Part shown: one piece after another, positions 47,989-60,821 of the stretch
Layout of the letters: each line of letters begins with the position of its first letter
Position numbering within the stretch: the stretch's first letter is position 1
Assembly: GCF_035594765.1 (NCBI RefSeq)
Contig: NW_026943822.1
Coordinates: 20,731,769 to 20,795,768 of the forward strand
DNA length: 64,000 nt
Direction of reading: 5' to 3'
Source: Anolis carolinensis
Lineage: Eukaryota
The notes under the pieces: model-generated
The model's input: only the letters and a program-made list of their open reading frames with translations
Told to the model about the DNA's origin: nothing
Databases searched by the model: none
Program-made: the position numbers and the translations under genes

Positions 47989-48189
47989 CTTGGTGGGATG
48001 GGCTTGGATGGACAAAGCCGTGTTGACGGACAGCACTTTGAACAAGAAAGGCAGCTGGCCCTGGAAAGTCTCCTTCACCTTGGAGCCCAGGCAGCCCGGG
48101 TTGACCGCAATCCACTGCCCCAAGGTCTTTTGCGGGATGCGGTTGTCACGAATCACGGCATCGCCTTTGGGGTGGGTGCCCATCCAGAG
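47989..48189 (-). CDS. MPI: MPI exon 3
   Basis: LWMGTHPKG...[22 protein letters not shown]. Confidence 0.97.
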
Positions 48190-48307
48190 CTGGGAGGGAA
48201 GAAGCCAAAAGCACAGGCCTTGTTGTCGTATGCATGGTATTGTAGATCCAAATACAAACTTGCACTAAATTGAGGATCTTCCAAAGTATCCAAAATATTG
48301 TATGAAC

Positions 48308-48449
48308 CAGGTAAGGGTAAACTTCTGCCTTCCCTCCAGGTGTTTTGGACTCCAACTCCCACCATTCCTAACAGCCTACCGGCTGTTAGGAATGGTGGGA
48401 GTTGGAGTCCAAAACACCTGGAGGGAAGGCAGAAGTTTGCCCATACCTG
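48308..48449. mobile_element. Palindromic hAT-like MITE (near-perfect hairpin)
   Basis: ~58-bp perfect arms around a tacc loop; relatives near 31190, 53335 and 63470. Confidence 0.8.
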
Positions 48450-48516
48450 TCGTAATAAAAATGCAAAGGAAAAAAATTAATAGTGGCAATGAACTGGGAA
48501 TCGGGCCCGCACTTAC

Positions 48517-48644
48517 CTCCGCATAGGGCTTCTCTGCTTCGATTTGCACCGTGGGATCGCTGCTTGCCAAGAGTTTGGCGACCTCGCTGTCCCGGCCTGG
48601 TTTTCCCCAGGCATAGTTCTGCACAGCGCAGGAGAGCGGGAAGA
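48517..48644 (-). CDS. MPI: MPI exon 2
   Basis: [31 protein letters not shown]...KPYAE. Confidence 0.97.
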
Positions 48645-48659
48645 CTGATAAGAATACAA

Positions 48660-49538
48660 CATAATAATATTAATTATATATCCTATATGGCATGTAATAT
48701 TACCAATAATATTACAGTACAGTGGTATAGTATAATATAGTAATATATAATGCTTATAGTGTGCTATGCTAATAATATAATACATAGTATATACATATAA
48801 TATTGATCATAATATTATAATGTAATGCAATATAATACTAATAATACAATATAATAACATTAATTATATATTATATTTTAAATGTAATATTACTGATAAT
48901 ATTACAGTATAGTGGCATAGTATAATATAGTAATATATAATGCTAATATTGTGCTATGCTAATCATATAATAGATTGTATATACATATAATATTGATCAT
49001 AATATTATAATGTAATGCAATATAATACTAATAATACAATAATATAAATTATATATTATATTTTAAATGTAATATTACTGATAAAATTACAGTATAGTGG
49101 TATAGTATAATATAGTAATATATAATGCTTATAGTGTGCTATGCTAATAATATAATACATGGTATATACATATAATATTGATCATAATATTATAATGTAA
49201 TGCAATATAATACTAATAATACAATATAATAACATTAATTATATATTATATTTGAAATGTAATATTACTGATAATATTACAGTATAGTGGTATAGTATAA
49301 TATAGTAATATATAATGCTAATATTGTGCTATACTAATAATATAATATATTGTATGTACATATAATATTGATAATATTACAATGTAATGCAATATAATAC
49401 TAATAATACAATATAATAACATTAATTATATATCATATATTACATGTAATATTACTAATATTATTACAGTACAGTGGTATAAATACAATAGTTATATATA
49501 ATGCTAATATTGTGATATGCTAATCATATAATAGATTT
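48660..49538. repeat. AT-rich ~185-bp tandem repeat, ~5 units
   Basis: Recurring attacagta(c/t)agtggtatagtataatatagtaatatataatgct block; single units of it are dispersed across the window. Confidence 0.85.
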
Positions 49539-49690
49539 AAAAAGAGCTCTGTTATGGCCCCTTCTATACTGTCCTATATCTCAAGATGTGATCCCAGGTT
49601 TTCTGTTTATCCCAGATTATCTGGTAGTGCGGACTCATATAATCCAGTTTAAAGCAAAAAAAAACAGATTATATTCGGTCCTGGGAAATA

Positions 49691-49731
<41 letters not shown>

Positions 49732-50002
49732 GTTTATTTATATCCCGCCTCCATGTCCCCTGAAGAGGACTCGGGCGGCTCACAGAAATATCAAATAAAA
49801 CAATAACAGTATACAATAGACAAAAACATGCACCAATGATAAAATCTAAACATTAACCTATGAAATAAAAAACGCTTAATAAAACATATGTAATGTAAGC
49901 TTTTATTATGGTCAATGAGCAGCTCATATCAAGGGCGCCCAGTCCGGTACATCCATATGAAATCTGAGATGTTATGTACTTCAAAATTAATAAAACTTAA
50001 TA

Positions 50003-50946
50003 AAATTTAAAATCTAGGCTAAAAACTTCTACATTAATATAAACCATTATAAAATGGAATCATTGACAAAATTTAAAATCTAGGCTAAAAGCTTCAACAT
50101 TAACAAAAACCATTATAAAATTGAATCATTGACAAAATTTAAAATCTAGGCTAAAAGCTTCAACATTAATAAAAAAACCATTATAAAATTGAATCATTGA
50201 CAAAATTTAAAATCTAGGCTAAAAGCTTCAACATTAATAAAAACCATTATAAAATGGAATCATTGACAAAATTTAAAATCTAGGCTAAAAACTTTAACAT
50301 TAATAAAAACCATTATAAAATTGAATCATTGACGAAATTTAAAATCTAGGCTAAAAACTTCAATATTAATAAAAACCATTATAAAATTGAATCATTGACA
50401 AAATTTAAAATCTAGGCTAAAAGCTTCAAAATTAATAAAAACCATTATAAAATTGAATCATTGACAAACTTTAAAATCTAGGCTAAAAGCTTCAACATTA
50501 ATAAAAACCATTATAAAATTGAATCATTGACAAAATTTAAAATCTAGGCTAAAAGCTTCAATATTAATAAAAACCATTATAAAATTGAATCATTGACAAA
50601 ATTTAAAATCTAGGCTAAAAGCTTCAACATTAATAAAAACCATTATAAAATTGAATCATTGACAAAATTTAAAATCTAGGCTAAAAGCTTCAACATTAAT
50701 AAAAACCATTATAAAATTGAATCATTGACAAAATTTAAAATCTAGGCTAAAAACTTTAACATTAATAAAAACCATTATAAAATTGAATCATTGACAAACT
50801 TTAAAATCTAGGCTAAAAGCTTCAACATTAATAAAAACCATTATAAAATTGAATCATTGACGAAATTTAAAATCTAGGCTAAAAACTTTAACATTAATAA
50901 AAACCATTATAAAATTGAATCATTGACAAAATTTAAAATCTAGGCT
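50003..50946. repeat. 66-bp AT-rich minisatellite, ~14 units
   Basis: aaatttaaaatctaggctaaaagcttcaacattaataaaaaccattataaaattgaatcattgaca. Confidence 0.96.
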
Positions 50947-51467
50947 GAAGATCATAAAACATAGAATTAAAATAAATAAATAGGGCCTGCCTGGAAGGGT
51001 CCTAAAATGATCCAATCAGATAATGTGGATTTCCTGCTTTGCTAACCTGGATTACCTGGCTGCGTAGAAGGGGCCTGGGTTTACACTGTCATATAATCCA
51101 GTTCGAAGCAGATAATCTGGATTTTATTTGGGGCCAAAGAGAAAGGGGTGAGAAGCAATGGAAGGTTAGAATTCTTCTGTGGGGTCTACACAGAAGAATT
51201 AACGCAGTTTGACCCCACTTGAAGCGCCACGGCTCGATATTATGGCCTCTTTGGGCAGAGAAGGCTCAAGACTGGACACAGCTATGGGCAGCTAAAGCAG
51301 TATCACGCCACATTCATTCTCCAGTGTAGACGCGGCCGGAGAGAAGGCGGTGTATCGCCCAGACCTTGATTTCCGAGGTCCGGATCATACCCCTCCCCCC
51401 TCCCATCTAAACCGGAGTGACTCCGCTTCGCTTCCATCCCGTGTAGACGCAGCCCAGCCCCGCTCAC

Positions 51468-51483
51468 CTTTTAACTCTGCCAT
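51468..51483 (-). CDS. MPI: MPI exon 1 (coding part)
   Basis: ATG GCA GAG TTA AAA G|gtgagc; 16 nt, phase fits exon 2. Confidence 0.85.
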
Positions 51484-51499
51484 ACTTCTTCTCCTCAGC

Positions 51500-51590
51500 G
51501 TCGCTTAAAAGCCTCGTTTTTCCCAGCCGGCAAAAGGGAGTGAAGCCACGCCCCTTTCAGAGCATGCCGGGAAATGTAGTCCTTTAATCC
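51500..51590 (-). promoter_or_regulatory. MPI proximal promoter: ZNF143/SBS motif and GC box
   Basis: Minus strand GGACTACATTTCCCGGCATGC (51562-51582); GCCACGCCCC 51545-51554. Confidence 0.75.
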
Positions 51591-52594
51591 AGATTCTTTC
51601 TCTTTCTTCTAGGAATCCGAATTGTGGGTGGAGGAGAGAGGCAAAAGGGGCATGAAAAATATTGGAAACACGCCTCTCTCTCTCTCTATATATATATAGA
51701 ATCCCGTAACATTGAGCCATGGCAGTTAGAACGGTATCAAACTGAGTTAATTCTACAGTGCAGATGCATCCACTCTCTCACTCTCTCTCTCTAATTTATT
51801 ATTTTATTTATTTACTACATTTATATCCCGCTCTTCTCACCCCAAAGAGGACTCAGAGAGGCTTACAAATCAAATGTACATACAATATATTATTAGCATA
51901 GCACAATATAAGCATTAAATTACTATATTGTACTATACCATTATATGGTAATATTATTAGCAATATTACATTTAATATATAATATATAATAAATTTTATA
52001 TTATATTATTATTAGTATAATATTGTATTACACTATATTATTGTCAATATAAGTATGTACAATATATTATATATTTATAAATTATTGTATATTATATACA
52101 TATATACACACACAGAATATAAATGTATGTAAAATTAGCATAGCATGTTGCTATATATATCATACATATATATATATATATACACACACACACATACACA
52201 CATGTGGATGCATCTACACTGTAGAATTAACGCAGTTTGATACCGCTCTAATTGCCATGGTTCCATACTATGGAATCCTAGGTGTTGTAGTTATACAAGA
52301 CAAAACTGGTGAAAGTTCTGGAGGCCATATTGGGTCGTGGCAGTTAGAGCTGTATCAAAGTGTGTTAATTCTACAGTGCAGATTCATCCACTATATATAA
52401 AACACATACACATATATGATAGATGCATCTATATTGTATATTTAATAGCTTTTTTGTACATTTTATTAAATGGTTATGATTATATATACATATGTTATTT
52501 ATTGTATTTATTGTTTGTTGTTCTAATTTAATCTAAACTAAAAAATATTGCTGCGCTCTTAAACGGTATATTACGGTAGGAAGAAAGCCCAGGT

Positions 52595-52925
52595 CTCTCC
52601 ACCGCGCATGCTCACTCGCCTTCCTTCCCCGAGCCCTCACTCGCTGTTTCTCCAACAAGGCGCCATAGTCTCCCTTCGCGCATGCGTGTTGCTCACCTCC
52701 CTCCCCGCCCGCTGATGAGGTCACAAAGAGGGATAAAGCGAGAAGGGGGCTGAGCGTCACGTGACTGCAGAGAACGCGAGGCCGCTTCTTGCGCAGGCGC
52801 GGCGGCGGAAAGGCCGTCCTCCCGGAAGTGGCTTGCGTAGAAGGGTTTTGGCCGTCTCCAGGGAAGCAGGAAGCGGGCCGAGTGCGGGCGGGCGGGCGGA
52901 CCTTGGCCTCCGGGGAAAGGCGGCC
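52595..52925 (+). promoter_or_regulatory. SCAMP2 CpG-island promoter: NRF1-like, E-box/CLEAR and ETS motifs
   Basis: GCGCATGCG near 52678; GTCACGTGAC 52756-52765; TGCGCAGGCGC near 52790; CCGGAAGTG 52822-52830. Confidence 0.78.
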
Positions 52926-52982
52926 ATGGCGGCCTTCGACACGAACCCCTTCGCGGACCCGGTGGAGGTGAACCCCTTCCAG
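52926..52982 (+). CDS. SCAMP2: Secretory carrier-associated membrane protein 2, exon 1
   Basis: MAAFDTNPFADPVEVNPFQ (NPF repeats); |gtaggc. Confidence 0.95.
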
Positions 52983-53469
52983 GTAGGCCCGGCTGGGCTT
53001 CTGAGGGAGACCTTTTTCGCTAGGCCTTAAATGAGGGGCTTCTTTCCTCAGGCCATAAATTGAGCTTGTTATTTATTTATTTACTACATTTATATGCCGC
53101 CCATCTCACCCCAAAGGGGACTCAGAGCGGCTTACAAATTACATTCACACACAATACATTATATTATTGGCATAGTACAATACTAGCATTAAATTACTAT
53201 ATTGTACTATATCATTACATTGTAATATTACATTTAATATATAATATATAATTAATATTATTAAATTGTCTTACTATCAGTATTATCTTTCACTAATCCC
53301 TGATATGAGGGGGCGTTTTCTCCTAAACCTTAAACCAGACTTGGGCCCTCCCTCCATGTGTTTTGGACTTCAACTCCCACAATTCCTAACCTCAGGCTGA
53401 CGCTGTTAGGAATTGTGGAAGTTGAAGTCCAAAACACCTGGAGAGTGGACCCAAGTTGGCCCAGGCTAG

Positions 53470-53501
53470 CCTTGGGGTCTCTTCCAGTCAATGGGTAGAC
53501 T

Positions 53502-53534
<33 letters not shown>

Positions 53535-53570
53535 TAACAGTCTACCCATTGACTGGAAGAGACCCCAAGG
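53470..53570. repeat. Perfect 38-bp inverted repeat with (AAT)n loop
   Basis: Arms 53470-53507 and 53533-53570. Confidence 0.95.
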
Positions 53571-53979
53571 GCTATCCCAGGCCTGGCCTGGCCCAACTTG
53601 AGCCCAGGCCTGGGATAATAATTATGTTATTATTATTATTATTATTAATTTTTAACCCGTAGGGACTCAGGGCAGCTTCCATAAGCGAAAATGGCAAACA
53701 TTCGATACCGTGTTCAGTAATTAAATTAAAAACATTTAAACATACAGTTTAAACAACTTTGGCTAAAAGCATATACATCAGTCAGTCCGGCATCCTAGAT
53801 AATACAAGTAAAGAATTCTTATGTGTATAAAAGATATAAAAATATAGCTCTTTGATAAATTAAAATAGTCATTATCAGTTTTGTCCACCAAAATGGAGTT
53901 GGTGGTAAAGAATTCATCCTCTTCTCCATAAGCTAATGAGCAGAAATACATTTTTAATTCTTTCTTGGAGGAGAGGAGT

Positions 53980-54378
53980 GGCTAAAAAGCCAATGAGATT
54001 TTGGCCTGCATAAATAGGAGAATAGTGTCTAGAGGAAAGTCATGCTACCCCTCTCTTCTGGCTTGGTCAGACCACACTTGGAATGAGATTATGTCCAATT
54101 CTGGGCACCACTATTGAAGGGAGATGTTGACAAGCTGGAATGTGTCCAGAATGTGTGACTAAAATGATGAAGGCTCTGGAAAACAAGCCCTATGAGGAGC
54201 AGTTTAAAGAGCTGGGCATGTTTAGGTTGCAGAAGAGAAGGCTGAGAGGAGACATGATGAGGGCCATGGATCTTGAGGGGGAGTGTGACCACATCCAACA
54301 CAGCTGTGATCCCGCACCCTGATCTGCGTTATGATTGACCAGGAGTACCTCTGTCTTGTCTGGATTTAATTTCAACTA
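53980..54378. mobile_element. CR1 ORF2 fragment (+) joined to an L2-like RT fragment (-)
   Basis: [31 protein letters not shown] on +; LKLNPDKTEVLLV on -. Confidence 0.75.
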
Positions 54379-57300
54379 CTTTGGATTTGCTCCATTGCAC
54401 CCAACTTGCTTTGATATGTGATTGAACGAAATTTGTATTGTAATTTGTGAAAGAACTGTGTGTGCTGTAACAGATTTCTATTTTTTATGCATTTAGCACC
54501 CAAAACTACCTTAAAAACAACTTCAATATGGAAAAAGTGTTTTCATCACAGGCCTGTGATTTTTTTCCCCACGCTAAGAGTTGGATCAGCAACCTGCCAC
54601 TTCTGTATGAAATCTTGTCACCATTGCAGAATGTTGGTGGTTGTTCCCTCCTTCACCTCGGGCATATCTATTTATTGCACACAGATACAAAATTATGCTT
54701 TACCTACCAAGACACTCAGCAGAGTGACCCTGTAAGGAAGACCAGAGTGATAAAAAGTTGAGTACAGATATGACTCTTAAAGCTCTAACTGCTACCAGAG
54801 TGCTCTCCTTTCCCAGACCAACTCACATATGGACAAAATATATAGAGAATATGCCTTTGGGAATAGGATTTGTAGCCTGTGGATGTTTACCAGTACCATT
54901 TTTATTGGTACCTCATCATGTAATTATTGCTGATCGATTCAGATTTTCCTGAGATATCAGACTGCCTGTCCTACATCACTTTACTTCCAGCTTTATGGCA
55001 GTCAGGCGCTTCCTCTCTGAAAATAATTCTGCTGGCTCCTCCTTTCTTGGCGATGATAATCCGTTGGCATGTAGAGGAAGCTGTTGAAACTCAAATCTCA
55101 AGCCCCAGGAAGAAACCGTTGATGCAATTGTGTCAGGCAACGGTGTAGTTGGTGTGAAATAACACTTTGCAGAGTGCATTGACTCAATAACATGCCATTT
55201 CCCAGAGTTGTAGAACATTTCCTTTTCCTTGTGATGACTCTGTATTCAGAATTAAATTTATGAATGTATTAGGCAGTTGCCTTTTCTTTGTCACTTCACC
55301 AGGACTAAGCCTGTGGGAACATTTTCATCCCTGCAGTGCCACTTAGATTTTAACAAAACTGTACTGGCATCATATCTCTTTAAAATGCATCTTTGTTTAA
55401 TAAAGGAGTTGTCAGTTCACTCCCAAACCAGCTTTTCCGTCTTGGTAAGTTGTGTATCAGGGCAAAAAGCCAAGCTTGGAAAAGTTGCACTGATCACAGA
55501 TACCTCCTATCAATTCTAAGAGTTCTGGATCCAAACAAATAATTTTTTTAGGCTGATGGATCCAATGTCATTGTACCTTGGTGTCTGTACTTTGTAATCC
55601 ATAATGGCTTGTTCCACAGACCTTTTGGTAATGATGCCTTTGGCGCATAATTTCCCATATTAAGTTTGATTCTCACAACACAAGCTGTTTAGGAAATCAC
55701 AAGATTTTTTTGAGCAAACTTTATTTGTCACCAACAGCAGATTTAATTGGCAAATGCATAAGGATCTACAAACTTACTGGAGGTTGAGAATAATGCAGAG
55801 ATCTTTCTAGTTATGTTAGTTGCCCAAATATGATAGTCAGCATTTTTCTCCATTGTGTGTGTATTATTCGTTCTTCTCAGTGGTCTAGATTAGAAATGTA
55901 CTAAAATGTTGTAAGTTCTTTGATTCTGCTTTGGTATTTCTCTTCTTCATCCTCTATTTTCTAAAAAGCATCTTTACATTTTAAAACAGCATTCTTTGAA
56001 ATACTTTAAGTTAGCTAACTGACTGAATTGCCTTCAGGCATTCCTGCTTGCAGTTTGCCTTCTTGAAAAACAGCTCCCAGACTTGAAACTCCAGGCTTCG
56101 ACTCTCCAAAGCCCCACGTGGCATTGTCAGTGGGCAGGGCTTCTAGGAGTGATATAGCCCAATGACAAGTGTGGGAACAGTTGCCTCAAGGTTATTAATC
56201 AGAATGAAAATTTTAAGAATCAGGCACCACTTTCCAGTTTGTCTGATTTAAGCAGAGGCTGGATGGCCATCTCTTGGGGGTGCTTTGATTGTTTATTCTT
56301 GCATAGTAGGGAGTTGGGCTGATTGCTCCTTGTGGTCTTTTCCAACTATATAATTCTATGACTGTCTACCCTATACTTACAGAGAAGTGTTATGCAAATG
56401 CTTTGCATGAAGAATGTCCCAGGTTCAGGTCTTCATTTCTTCAAGCACAGTTCTACCATAATTCTGAGATCCTGAAGACAAGTTGCCAGTCAGTTCAAAA
56501 AAATATGGCATTAGATAGTCATGTTTGTCATGTGATTGATACAACATAGGCAAAGCTCAGATGTATGTGACACCATTGACCCTGCATTTGGGTTCCAACA
56601 CAAAACTGGCTTCAGCTTTTGCAACAGGAAACCAAGTGATTCATTTTGCAGCAAGGAGGACCTGAGCTTCAACTACCCTCGTGTTTTTTGAACTGCAAAA
56701 TAAGCCTCTGCCTCCTGCAGAGCCTTCACATTAGTCCAACTTGCTTTCACCTAGAACAGGGGTGGAGTTCCCGTGTCTTTCTAGGTGCTATTGGACTGCA
56801 GCTTCCTGGTGGGAAGTGAGTTGCTTGTGCTAGTAAGGCACACTCCCTTAGACGTGTGAGCTGGACTTCAAACTTCATCTCCTGCCTCTTTCACCTCTCC
56901 TTCCTGGAGTGAATCACATGGGTTGTGCAACTTGCATGCTTAGATTGGGAGTGTCAGAGCCCAAATTGTATCTCAGAGGTTATTCATTAAGCAGGAGCTT
57001 GCGGTGTACAGGTGAAAGCAAAGATATGCAGGATTATGACGCAGACTTACAGTCACAGTGTGAACTTTATTGTCAGTTTCTTGCTTGTCTTGCTATTACA
57101 GTGTAGTGGTTTTGGTGGCACCTGTGTATGGATAGCTAAACCCATATCCTGGCTGGGCTTTACCCAGATGCCAAGATGATAATCCTACATAAAAGGAAAC
57201 CTCATGTCATTGATGTAGTTGGGAATCTTTGCCTGTCTTATGTGTTGTGGACCATGGCTTATTGTTTTTTAAGCCTTCTTGGGTTCCACTCTAGGAGGTT

Positions 57301-57793
57301 GACAGTATAAACATTTCCCTTTCTCTCCTTTCCCATAGTATGCTTTGTTCATGCAGATTTTAATTTATAGTAAACTCTACAGCACCCAGATTTTAAGAAC
57401 ATAAAGCAGCATTTGGCAATTTGTTTTCCGTTTCCCCACTGTCTGTCTTAAATTGTAAATTTAGTGTGAATAGGGACAGGTCTGCTTCTTTTGTAACTCC
57501 TATAAAATAATGCCTTCTCTGTAAATAGTAGTAAAGTCTGGCTGATGGACCATGTGTCTTTGATGCTTTGCTTCCACATTAAGAGGCTGTGAAGCCATTG
57601 TGAAGATTTGGAGGATCATCCTAGTGTTTCTAGGATGGACCTGAGCTTTGATCTTCTTAAGGAGGAAATCCAGCCTTAAGAAATAAGGAAGCAAGTATGC
57701 AGGTCTGAATTACGTGGAGCACATACCCAGATTTAGGTGCATTCCGAAAAGTCAATTTAGGTTTAAATATTCTCTTATTTCCTTTTTTTAAAG

Positions 57794-57874
57794 GACCCAG
57801 CAGTCACACAGTTGACAAATGCTACCCAGGGTGGCCTGGATGAATTCAATCCTTTTACTGAGAATTCCCGGCTG
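57794..57874 (+). CDS. SCAMP2: SCAMP2 exon 2
   Basis: DPAVTQLTNATQGGLDEFNPFTENSRL; |gtaagt. Confidence 0.93.
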
Positions 57875-58685
57875 GTAAGTACAATGCTAGCATCAGTTTT
57901 TGTGATAATTAGCATGGCTTGCCTTCCAAGTATACAGGGGAAATGGCATTTGATATAAACAGCAGATACTCTTCATAGTAGTCTCTTTCCCCAGTCTATA
58001 CACAAGAACAGCAGGCAAACCTAGTTGTCTGTCTCTACCACTCTTACTCATTGCACATGCATAGTCCTGAGCACAGGTATTGTTTCCTTCAACAACTCAA
58101 TCTCTCTTCTATAAGATATTGTGTAATGTTTGCAGGTTGGGCATAGAAGCAAGGCCATTGGGTTGCAGAGGGTTTTGTGTTGGGTGAGCAGATTATTGGT
58201 TAACCTTCAAGGTTTCTGACCTTTTTGTGTCTGAAGAAAAGCCGTCCTCTTTGCTAGATCACTCAAAATACGCTGGAGAATATTACAAAACTTGTAAGAG
58301 TGGGCAGGAAGCTGGATGTTGAGCTTATGCTGATGGGGCAAAGAACTTTAAGGCCAATTATGCAATGGCATGCCTATTTACAAATACTGTAGTTTTTTCT
58401 GCCATGCTCCTCAGCCGAAAAGCTTGCCAGAACAGCTTAAATACAGCCAGAACAAGACAAGCTTACAGTCTAAAATGGCACCACACGAAAGGATTGTTTT
58501 GAGGATGAAGTCAGGAGGAGAAGAGCTGGGGATGGCAACCTGAACCATTGGAGAGGAGATGGCATATAACGGTTGTTCATTCTTTTGTGCCTGGATCTTG
58601 CTTTTGGTGCTAGACTTTGTGGCAGTGGGACTGGAAGACATTTTGACAACTCTGGTCACAATTTTCTAATGTTTTTCTCTTCTAG

Positions 58686-58775
58686 ACAAATGCAACTCAG
58701 ACTATTCCAGCAACGCAGCCCGGTGGGGCTTCGCAGCCTGCCGTGTTGCAACCCTCTGTGGAACCCACTCCCCAG
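58686..58775 (+). CDS. SCAMP2: SCAMP2 exon 3
   Basis: TNATQTIPATQPGGASQPAVLQPSVEPTPQ. Confidence 0.9.
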
Positions 58776-60138
58776 GTAGAGCCCTCCTCTTAAGACTTGA
58801 TTGTCTCTCTCCAGCATTTGAAGAGGCAGGACAGTGTTGTTTTTGTTAGTATTATGCTACCTCCTGTGGCTGTCTCCTTCAGAATTCTGGGGTTTGTATG
58901 AGTATTTTAAAGGCCCCTCCCTAAACTACAAACCCCAGAATTCTGCAGGAGACAGCCATAAGATTTCAAGTGGGAAGCATACACTTTGCATACTCTTTGA
59001 GCTCTAGTGTAATGAGGTCCAAAGAGAAGGTCATTGAAAATTAAGAGATGCCTGTATTGTTAGCTATCTTGCTTTCTGTTGAGATAAAACCGAAGGTGAA
59101 TCAAATTTCAAAAGACCCTTGAAAGCATGAGAAAAGCATGAGACATAGCCTTTGTTTGGCTATGTGTGCCTCTTCTCTTCCTTCCACCCCATACCTACAG
59201 ACTGTATCACTTTCCTTAACCCATTAAAGAGTATTTGTAAACTTAGGTTTAGTTGTCAAGTAAGCAGACCCCATTCTGTGAGCTTAGACAGAGCTTAGTT
59301 GTGTGTTGCAGCTGCTGCTTAGACAGGCCAGCAAGTACCTGACGCCTAAGTTCATCTCAGCGCATTCGGAAGGTTCAGAGAGGCAGAGGTTACTTGGAGA
59401 AGACAGCAACTTTCAGAGTAGCCACCAGGTAAAAAGGGAGGGTAGGAAAACAAGGTTTTAATGTACAGTAAGTTCTTTGCCAGGCCAAGGTTGCCTGAAA
59501 CTGCAGATACGACCGAAAGCCATTAAAGAACACTATATTTGGTCTTGTCATACCATAGACTTGCATTGGTAGACCTAGAGTTTCCTAGAGAATTATCCTC
59601 TAGGAATTTGGTAGGCTCCCCAAGTTGATTTTATGGTAATTTCTATGGAAAACATACCATAGAATCGCCTAGAGGATCTAGCAAATCCCTCAGTGACAGC
59701 TTTACTAGCTAGCTTTGATGGGAGATGGAGTCCAGCAACGTCTAAAGAGGTCTCGCATTCACTATAGCTGTCTGTAAAAACTAAAACCCAAGAATGCCTT
59801 GAAGTGTGCCGCTTCGTGATACTATAGCAACTTAAATGTAATGAATGGGAAGCCCTGGATTTTCTTAGGTGATTCCTTTAACAGAAAAAAGTAAAATCTC
59901 TTTGCTCAGAAAGGCTCCCTTTTCACTCCTGTCCCCTTAATAATATAACAGGGTTGGAAATCCCATAGCGTTCTGGATGTGTAATGCAGTTCTAGCTGGC
60001 CCAGCCAATGGTGGTGAGTCCTAGGATTGGCCCGGCACCAACGCCTCACCTTATATAGGGTCTACTAGTTCTCCTTATTAAAAGAGATCCTGATTCTCCC
60101 TTTTTAAGCTTATAGTTGTTGTTTTTTCTGGTATCCAG

Positions 60139-60256
60139 GCAGTTGCCTCAGCCGCTCAAGCAGGGCTCCTTCAGCAGCAAGAGGAACTGGAAAGAAAAGC
60201 AGCAGAATTAGACAGAAAGGAACGGGAGTTGCAGAATAGTGCTGCTGGCTTCAACC
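60139..60256 (+). CDS. SCAMP2: SCAMP2 exon 4
   Basis: AVASAAQAGLLQQQEELERKAAELDRKERELQN (coiled coil); |gtgagt. Confidence 0.95.
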
Positions 60257-60692
60257 GTGAGTAGTGCCAGGGACACTATTGATTGTTTTCAAAATCAAAA
60301 TATTTAAAAGCCACTTTATGCAACAATTGAAACAACCAAACTAAACCGATGAAACCATCAAACCAAAACAATAACAAATCAGATAAAGGAATAAACAGGG
60401 AGTATCAACTTTCAAACCAATTGTTATAGGCAGTGAATAAAAAGCCATACTTCCTCTACTTTATATATAACCTCTTGCTTCATATTTATCTTCTAATCCT
60501 TTTCTAAAATATTACAACCTTAATTCATGGAGTTTAGTTGTTTTCAGTGTTGTGTTTTTCTCTTCCCTGAGAACAGAGCGCTCTGCTGAATCAAGTATTA
60601 TATTATCACATAATTTCAGCAATGCAACTTCATGTGAAAAGAAACAGTTGGGCAACAGATATAGTAAATGGCTTTCTCTTCTCTCTTTGCAG

Positions 60693-60821
60693 CACGGCAG
60701 AACAATTGGCCCCCGCTTCCAAAACAGTTTCCCATTAAACCATGCTTCTATCAAGACTTCGCTGCAGACATCCCGGCTGACTATCAGCGAACTTGCAAGA
60801 TGCTGTATTACCTATGGATGT
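60693..60821 (+). CDS. SCAMP2: SCAMP2 exon 5
   Basis: [42 protein letters not shown]; |gtaagt. Confidence 0.96.

Larger units (their letters stand above)
41444..51483 (-). other. MPI: MPI coding span (8 exons, 1272 nt, 423 aa)
   Basis: Exon sizes 16/128/201/142/183/174/209/219, all GT-AG, frame continuous. Confidence 0.96.
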
